Below are positions 54,791 through 64,000 of a stretch of DNA of 64,000 nt, in pieces. The stretch is from the NCBI GenBank assembly GCA_951406725.2, contig OX597824.1, positions 58,032,001 through 58,096,000 on the forward strand, in the 5' to 3' direction. The translations under genes were made by a program, and so were the position numbers. How positions within the stretch are numbered: position 1 is the stretch's first letter; each line of letters starts with the position of its first letter. The notes below the pieces were generated by a model, which worked only from the letters and a program-made list of their open reading frames with translations, did not search any database and was not told the DNA's origin. The DNA comes from Octopus vulgaris (taxonomy: Eukaryota).

Positions 54791-55774
54791 TAAAGAAAAA
54801 AATACCCGCGCATGCCGCATCTATACATATCGCACGTGTATAAACACACCAACTCACGCATACACACACAGCATCATTGTAGAAGATTATTTTAGGACAT
54901 GAATGGTGGAATTTATCTCTGAAAATATCTACAAACAGATGAGTAGTTCTGAAGGAGATGGTTGTATAGTGATGGTGGTGGTGGTGGTGGTTTAGTAAGG
55001 GTGGTACTAGGGTAGACTGAGGTAAGTTGCAGTAGATAATAGATTGGCCGTGAAATACTTAGCTACCAATACTTAATACAATCTCAAACGACAAATAACT
55101 CCTAATCCACATTACACGAATAACCTACATTCCCTATCAGCCACACACACACACATGTGTGTGCATGCGTGTGTGTGTGTGTGTGTGTATGTGTGTGTTT
55201 AAGTTTGTGCGCGCGTGCATGCGTGTGTGTGTCTGTATGTGTGTGTGTTTGTGTGAATGCGTGCGCGTGTGTGCCTGTGCGTGAGCGTGTGTGTGTATCT
55301 GTGTGTCCGTGGTTGTGTATGACTGTGTGTGACAACTTGCATGTATTGTAACTATGTGCATTTGTGTGTGTGTATGTGTGTGTGAGTGCGTGTGTGAACA
55401 CGTATACGTGTGTGCGTGCGTGTATATATGTGTGTGTGTGTGTATGCGTGTGTGTATTTGTACTTCTAAGAAATTGAAAATCCGCTGCTTTGTGAACAAA
55501 TTCCATTGAAATATTTGTTCTGCATCGACTTACAGGCACTCGCTTGTTAGTCACACCATCGCTGTCTATAGTAAACCTATTGTTCACTAATACCAGTTGA
55601 AATAAAATTCTTGCGGGATTTTAACTGTAAACGTACAGGGAACGAGCCACAAATTGTATCTTCAATAATGAGACAAGCTGTAATCTCGTTGATTCAACTG
55701 CTAGAAATAACAGTCAAATCTACTTACACTCTTCTGAAATCTTAAAAGAAACTAACATTGACTGATATAACTGG

Positions 55775-56092
55775 TTGGTTGGTTTGTTGGGACCCCCTTC
55801 GGTCACGACACTGACCATGGGATTGCACCTGGAAAGTTACTCTCCTAGTCACAAGTCTGGGCAAGGTGGTTTATGGAAGACCAGCAGTCGCCCATGCATA
55901 CCGGCCTCCCCTCTCCACGTCACCAGTGTTATCCAAGGGAAAGGCAACAGCCGATACAGCTTGGAACCCGTTAACTGGAGCGACGTGAAATAAAGTGTCT
56001 TGTTCAAGAACACAACACGCAACCCGGTCCGGGATTCGAGCTCACAACCTCACGATCGTAAGCTCGACGCTCTAACCACTGAGCCATGCGCC
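55775..56092 (-). mobile_element. Well-preserved tRNA-derived SINE (family C head, distinct 3' part)
   Basis: A box TGGCTCAGTGG, B box GAGCTCGAATCCC, then GTGTTGTGTTCTTGAACAAGACACTT; (AACC)n tail. Confidence 0.85.
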
Positions 56093-56559
56093 TTCACTGA
56101 TATTGCCAAATACACTGTAAAAGAAAAGAATATAGGATGATCATATCTTGAACACTTTTGATGATCAGATACTATAAAATAATTATACTTTAATCAAACA
56201 TATTCTAATATGTTCTAATATGCAACCAACATGTTTTAATATGCTAACATTTATAACCTTTTAAACATGTTCTTAAACTTATTTTCAAATTGCTAATAGA
56301 AGCCAAAACAAATTTATTCCCTTTCTCGCTCTCTCGAATGAAGCTTCTAATTCGAAGACTACAATTTGTTAGGGTCCCACGAGCACACTGGTATTGCATC
56401 TGCCTCGGTTCGATTCCTATAAGGTGTTCTGTTCACTACTTTCCGTCCAAGGGGTAGTTTCACCCGACATTCTATGACATATCTTTCATTTCCTTTTGAG
56501 CAGATTTTCAAAAAATCTATATAGTAGCTCATATATAAAGTTTGTCTCCTCTTTTCAAT

Positions 56560-56860
56560 GAGACTCGCTCAAAATTGCCTGAAGATATTTGTGTACTTTT
56601 TTTCAAGCAGTATACCGTAGTTTTTCATTCCGCAGAGCTACCTGGTTTCGTACCACCTTCAATCTTCAAACACTAGCCTATCCTCCTCTGATCATCCATG
56701 TTAATTTCTCCACCTCCTTCCCACAATAACTTCAATATCCAATTCTTGCTTCCCAAATATTCACCCTGTGGAATTTGATTTCAGCTAGCATCTTTTCTGC
56801 AGTCATCGACTTGCAGTAGTTGAAATGAAAACGTTAATGGCATTAACCACACTGATCTCA
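56560..56860 (+). pseudogene. Decayed L2/Crack-like LINE 3' end
   Basis: LWNLISASIFSAVIDLQ*LK resembles the C-terminal LWNxLPxxxFPxxxDLxxFK motif. Confidence 0.4.
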
Positions 56861-56993
56861 TCAATCTCGGTGGCTTTGGGTTTTGTCCTTTCCGCCAGAC
56901 CTAGCTAATAAAATAGCTTTCACTTAATTTAGAATTGCATTGCGTACGTCTGTAGGTAAACACCATCATCTACATTATATGTATATATACATA

Positions 56994-57224
<231 letters not shown>

Positions 57225-57237
57225 GTGTGTATGTATG

Positions 57238-57285
<48 letters not shown>

Positions 57286-57292
57286 TGTATAT

Positions 57293-58415
57293 ATAAATTA
57301 AATTAGAGATAAAACCACTATTAGGCAACTCAAACAGTGATAGACATAAACCAAAACATAAAAAAACAAAAAATATATATAATTAATATAAAATATAATA
57401 TATATATAAAATATAAAATTTTAAATTTTAATTATTAAAATTTTAAAACGAGATATATAGATCGTTAAATAGTTATACCGTTCTTTTAAGATAGGTTATA
57501 CGTTTATAATTTGCTTTTTAATCTTTAATTTTTAATGTATTTCATAAATATATTATATTAATATTTAATATTTACGTAAGTAATAATGGACTAATTAATT
57601 AATTTATTTTTCATTATATGTCTATATATTTATTGATAGAGTTAATTTTAGATCTTAATTATTATATTTGTTGATAATAATTTAGTTATTATTTTTAAAT
57701 ATTTTATTATTATTAGATATGAACATAAATTTAAAAATATGAATAGTAATTATTTTGTTAAATAATTTGGTAATTAGATATTGGACTATAACTGAGTTAA
57801 CGATATTCGTGAGTTTCTTATGTTTTTTAAAGCCATATTATATCTTAATCGATAAATACATTTTTCTATCTATTTTTTTACCTTAAAAATTAATATTTAA
57901 CATAATAAATGGGTTGTATGACATAATCCTAATGTTTTAAGTTTCTAATTTAGATAATAGAGTTTTTTTTTAGAAGAAAAATTATTATTTTATTTATTTC
58001 TTAAAAAATATTGTTTAACTCTATTTGCTTATTTATTTAACTATTATCATTTAATTCGAATTTTTAATTGAATTTAAACTTAATTGTAATTCGAATTTAA
58101 TTAGAGCCACGAAATGTACGTAGTGCTTTTACTTATATTATATTTTAACTTTTTAATACTTTCGGGTTAGTTAAAACAAAAAAAATTTTTAATTTTTAAA
58201 TTAAAAAAATTAAAAAAATTTTTTAAATCAAAAAAATCAAAAAATTAAAATTTTAAAAAATTAAAAATTTTAATAATTTAAATTTTAAATTTTATATTTT
58301 ATATACATATTATATATTATATTAATTATATTTATTTATTTTTTTATGTTTTGGTTTATGTCTATCACTGTTTGAGTTGTCTAATAGTGGTTTTATCTCT
58401 AATTTATTTTATATT
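57293..58415. mobile_element. Extremely AT-rich fold-back element with ~150-bp terminal inverted repeats
   Basis: AATTAGAGATAAAACCACTATTAGGCAACTCAAACAGTGATAGACATAAACCAAAACATAAAAAAA versus its reverse complement at 58338-58403; no ORF. Confidence 0.85.
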
Positions 58416-58520
58416 TATACTGTGAAATTTGATTTAATACTAAATACTAAATCTAATTTTTCCCTGTAAGTTTGGATATACTCCCTAATATTATTATTAT
58501 TATATATGTCTATATATATG

Positions 58521-58561
<41 letters not shown>

Positions 58562-58727
58562 TTGAGTAGTTGAATGAATTATCTTATTAAGGATAATTCG
58601 AAAGATAACCGATACCTGCATAATGTACTCCTTATTCCTTCGGAATTAGGAATATGCAGCCTTCGAAACATATGTCGAGAATAAAGGATATTTGTTAACT
58701 AGTCGTTCAACTCCATTCTTTCATATA

Positions 58728-58784
<57 letters not shown>

Positions 58785-59327
58785 GTATGTGTGTGTGTAT
58801 GTATACACACACACACACACACATATATACACATACACACATGTGAATATATATATATATGTGTGTGAAATAAGGAGTGCATGAAAGACGTCAATAAAGT
58901 TGTATATCTTAATAATGTTTAAATTGTAATAAGTCAAGAAATGTTAATGAACTGAAGTAATTAGCTTAATGAGAAATTCTGAGCCAGAATTTTAAGTAAA
59001 TAAAAGTTAATTAGAAACTGAATGCAAGCAATACTTCTGAGAGTTTGGTCTTCGCAGTAAGGGGAAGCAACTTTGGATAGGTTTTGATATTACTATACCT
59101 CATCAGAGAAGTATAATCTTTATCCCTGCATCCGCACACATACTAACTGACGGATCGACAAGAGACAACTGTTAAATATGGTTCGTCATGCTGCAAATAA
59201 CAGCTAAATCTTCATCATACAATATCTTTGTAAATTACATATTTGATAATGTATATGTATATAGTTACATTATATCTGAAAAGGTTGACGAAACGATCAT
59301 GGCTGGGAGGCCTTTGATTATGTTTGT

Positions 59328-59396
<69 letters not shown>

Positions 59397-60148
59397 CTGA
59401 TGTCCCAGTTAGTATAAGTAGTCATAGCCTGGATCTGCCTTTACGTCCTCAGTACAAGTCGACCTTGCCTTTCATCCCTTCGAAGTCAATAAAATAAAAT
59501 TCAGTTAATCACTGGGATCGATCAAAACTTGAAACCATTTTTATTATTGTTGTTGTTTTTAAGGCGGTAAACTAGCAGAATAGTTACCGCGCTAATTCTT
59601 CCCTTTTCTTGCGTTTTGAATTCAAATTATGCTGAGACCAACTTTGTCTTTCACCCTTTCGGGTTCAATAAAGGATACTCCAGTCAGTACTGGAGTCGAT
59701 GTAATCAACAACCCTCCCCCACCTAAAGGTCCTGGATTTGTACCAACATTTGAAACCATTATTATCATAGCAATAGAAGTCAGAAAGGGCATCTTATATT
59801 TATAGTTCGAAAAATAATATAGTTACAACACATGTTTTTCAAACATCTAACAGTCATTTAAGAAAAGTACAGCAACAACAAAAACAAGAATAAAATCAAC
59901 AGCGCAACAACATCATGACGAAGACAAATCAACAACAACGACAACAACAACAAGAAGAATAAGAATAACAAAACAAAGTAAATATAGAATGCAAGATAAA
60001 AGTAAATTTTACGAAAATTAGCACCGGATGACCATCAAATACAAATAGCACGCACACATACATGGATATATGCATAACTATATAAATATATATATTTACA
60101 TGTATAAACATGCGTATTTATGCATAGACACACACACATATATTCATA

Positions 60149-60179
<31 letters not shown>

Positions 60180-60191
60180 TTGTGCGTGTGT

Positions 60192-60323
<132 letters not shown>

Positions 60324-60870
60324 TATGCATCTAAATGTGTGTGTGTGTATTTATATATATATAAACACACATACACACGGGTTCACATGCATATACATAC
60401 GTGTGTATGTATGGATGTGTGTATATAAATGTATATACATCCACACCCAATAAAGAAAACAAACGTGTACGTCTGTTACGGCAGAAACAAAACAGAGAAG
60501 TGAGTAATTTGTTAAATATTTTGAAAACCTGTCTCAGATAGGTTTTCACACGTAGAAGAGTCACTCGCACCGTAACTCCTTTTTAGCTTTCCTCACATAC
60601 GAACTAGTGTCACTATATTTGATATGCATGTGAGTGCATACACACATACGCGCACACGCGGGCGCGTTGATCTTATAGCTTTGAATTGGTGTATGTGGGT
60701 GTATATAGATACACAGGCGTGGCTGTGTGCTAAGAAACCTGCTTCCCAACCACATGGTTTCGGGTTCAGTTCCACTGCGTGACACTTTGGGCAAATGTCT
60801 TCTACAATAGTTTCTGGCTGACCAAAGCCTTTAGTTTTCATAATTATTCCATTGCAAATTTTCTTTTGTC

Positions 60871-60902
<32 letters not shown>

Positions 60903-61125
60903 AATGTGGTAATAAACCTGTTACACAGACTGATACACCAAGTCTCTTCAACCAACCCTGTCAGTTCTCTTGCAGCCTGCAGGCAAAACTGCAGCTGCTA
61001 GTCGGGGCCCCAGAAGAGATAATTGTAATATTTCTTCGAACAGGACTCCATTATTCGAAAGAAATCTCTTTATTTCACCACCAGCGCAGCCACTTGCGGA
61101 GGCCAATGCTGACTATCAGCCCGTC

Positions 61126-61160
<35 letters not shown>

Positions 61161-61162
<2 letters not shown>

Positions 61163-61555
61163 AGTGGCTGTGTGGTAAGTAGCTTGTTTACCAACCACAT
61201 GGTTCCGGGTTCAATCCCACTGCGTGGCACCTTAAGCAAGTGTCTTCTACTATAGCCTCGACCAAAGCCTTGTGAGTGGATTTGGTAGACGGAAACTGAA
61301 AGAAGCCCGTCGTATATATGTATATATATATGCGTGTGTGTGTTTGTGTGTCTGTGTTTGCCCCCTAGCATTGCTTGACAACCGATGCTGGTGTGTTTAT
61401 GTCCCCGGTTCGGCAAAAGAGACCGATAGAATAAGTACTGGGCTTACAAAAGAGTAAGTCCCGGGGTCGAGTTGCTCGATTAAAGGCGGTGCTCCAGCAT
61501 GGCCGCAGTCAAATGACTGAAACAAGTAAAAGAGTAAAAGAGTAAAGAGTAAAGA

Positions 61556-61557
<2 letters not shown>
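61161..61557 (+). mobile_element. Best-preserved full-length SINE family A
   Basis: tRNA-like head (GGCTGTGTGG; GGTTCAATCCC), CCTT..GCAAGT core, internal TA/TG repeat and (GAGTAAA)n tail; (TA)n on both sides. Confidence 0.92.
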
Positions 61558-61595
<38 letters not shown>

Positions 61596-61825
61596 AATAT
61601 ATTTGTGTGTTTGTGTCTGTGTTTGTCCCTCCACCATCGGTTGACAACCGGTTCAGCAAAAAAGCACCAGGCTTACGAAGAAGGTCCAGGTGTTGATTTC
61701 TTCGACTAAAAGGTGATATTTTAGCATGGCCACAATCAAGAATGAATGTTTGTATGTGACTGTGTGTGTATATTTTAGTGCGTGCACATGCATATAGATA
61801 CATATGTATCTATTGTATGCGTGTG

Positions 61826-61915
<90 letters not shown>

Positions 61916-61984
61916 TACACATATGTATGTATGTGAATACGTATGTATATGGTACTAAGAAAGTAGAATGAACAGCAAGTCTTT

Positions 61985-64000
61985 CTCAGCGATCCAACCG
62001 CGGAAGACGGGACCGAAGCCAGCGGCCCTGAGGACGGCCGCTAGGTACCGATGGTCGACCCTATCGAAAGCTTTAGACTGATCCAAATTGATCAGCGTCC
62101 CACCCATGCCAGGATCCTTAACTACCCTGTCCACGATGTAGAGAATCAGATGGAGGTTGTCCTGGATGGTTCTGCCCGGCACGGCGCATGTTTGTGCCTT
62201 GTCGACCAGTTTATCGATGACAAGCGCCAACCTCTCGGCTATTACTTTGGCCAAAATTTTCAAATCTGCGTTGAGCAGAGTGATGGGCCTGAAGTTATCT
62301 ATAAAATTCCCCTTGTTTGGGTCTTTCTTCAGCAACGTCACTGCACCTCGGCTCACGAAACCGGGGATTCTCCCGTTTTGTTGCCAGTTGCAGTAGACGG
62401 ATGCCAAGAGGTCGCCAAATAAGTCTGGCATTTGACAATACAGCTCGTAGGGTAGACCATCCAAACCAGGCGACTTATCCCCCGCGCAGCCCCCATCGCA
62501 TCCTGTACGTCGGCAGCTGTGATGGGTCTCTCACAACACTCTGCTTCTCTTGCCGAGAGCCGCGGCAGGCCGGTTAGGTAGGCACTGAAGTCCATTCCGT
62601 GTTCCGACCCACCACTCGCACCAAACAGTCGAGCAAAGTGCTGTTGAAAGGCCTCACACATCCTTTCAGGTTCGAGTAAATTGCATCCCTGTTGATCTAT
62701 TAGAGACCGAATGGTGGCTCTGTTGCCACGTTGCGCCTCCGCTACTCGGGCCTCTCGCTACTTCGTTGCGCCTCCGCTACTTCGTTCCTCAAGGCTAATT
62801 TTAGCTCTGACGACGCAACCTTTGTGTTTGGCGTTGAGGTGTTGATCGAGGGCCATCCTCGCAGCCAGCACGTTGGTTTCGCTGCCAGTTGTAAGTGCCT
62901 CTTCTAGTTTCTTAACTAAGTCTCCCTCCACTCTATTTCGATCTATCGCTAATTCCTTGCTAAACACAATTGATTCCGATTTGATTGCCATTTTCAGGGC
63001 AAACCACCAGCGGTTGTTAACGATGGCTCCCGTGAAAACCCTCTTAATTAACTCGCTAATCCGGTTCCTGCAAACCTGCTGCGCCAAGAGCGACGTGTTC
63101 AGTTTCCAGTAACCGGAACCCTGCCTAAGTAGAGCGTACACGTCATAAATTTGTGATCTGTGTAGCTGACTATCTAGATACGATCTCGACGATCCGACGC
63201 GGTTTGTCCAAGTCCACGTTGGCACATTCGGATGGTCGAGTCGGAACCTGCCAGACAAATGGAAACGTCTGAGCAGGTCATTGAAGCACTTACATCCCCT
63301 TCTCTTACTATCCATTCCCACATAATCTAGATGCGTGTCCAAGGTAGCGTTCCAATCCCCTACTAACAGTAACGGTCGAGACGTTCCCAGGAAAACCTCT
63401 AGACGTCTGAAGAAATCCGCCCAACTCGTTAAGGACGGTGCAAACACTGCCATCAGACGGAATGCACACCCATTTCTGCCATCCACGTCCAAGACAACCA
63501 GCCTACCCTCCGGGTCTAGGAATATTGATCTTACTTTTACGTTCAGGCTCTTTCGAGAAAGTACCGCGGAACCACCACCACCCATGTTTGGCAGACAGGG
63601 AGAAAAATAAATGTTGAATTGACCGCCAAACATGGACGCGAGGGCCCGCGGCTTACTGAGTCTGGTTTCACTGATAGCTACTATATCAATGTTCAGTGAC
63701 TTGATGTCATTTAGAAGGTAACCTTGCTTCCAAGCCGACGCCAAGCCGCGCACATTCACACAACCTAATTAAAGCATAATTGATGGTCGAGAATTTGTTT
63801 TACACACAACAGTGAAAGAGACGAGAGGGAAGGTTACTTACTTGTTTCGAAAATTTGAGTAGTTTCTTCCTCTTTTGGGATGTCTTTGAGGAGGTTCTTA
63901 AAAAGTTTCTTTGATAAATACTTCTGGTACCCCCCGACCGCATTTTGAAAGAGGGTTTTGAGTGTGTGGTGCTGCGTTTGTATGACGTGTACTATTTTTA
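61985..64000 (-). mobile_element. Tx1/L1-clade LINE, ORF2 APE endonuclease plus N-terminal RT, disrupted and 3'-truncated
   Basis: ORF2 starts near ATG 63777 with an early stop: NVRGL, ISETR, VGDWN, SYLD, GYWKLNTSLL; RT DGLPYELY, FRPITLLNADLKILAK, LDQSKAFDRVDH. Homology ends near 61985. Confidence 0.93.

Noticed and set aside
56020-56092. Functional tRNA gene
   Set aside because: The tRNA-like head continues into a SINE body, the acceptor stem is imperfect and no poly-T terminator follows.

Overview
AT-rich, microsatellite-dense eukaryotic DNA with no confidently identifiable host protein-coding gene. The repeat families resemble octopus (coleoid cephalopod) repeats; this is inferred from recalled family sequences, not from a search. 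The window reads as intronic or intergenic sequence packed with mobile elements: several tRNA-derived SINE families, three R4/Dong-type (RLE) LINE remnants, a decayed Penelope-like element (RT + GIY-YIG) with inverted terminal repeats, a Tx1/L1-clade LINE, Tc1 and mariner transposase relics, and short Helitron, RTE and CR1/L2 fragments. Almost all ORFs in the track are microsatellite artefacts. The most notable signal is a set of short, (TA)n-embedded, often fold-back elements carrying type I hammerhead ribozyme (HHR) motifs. One (881-963) has a canonical core with all three stems pairing. Others occur on both arms of a palindrome (33361-33563), in a dispersed family with compensatory stem changes, and in the terminal repeats of the Penelope element. 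Together they suggest a Penelope-mobilised, microsatellite-targeted retrozyme-like system. All structures were folded by eye and element boundaries are approximate.
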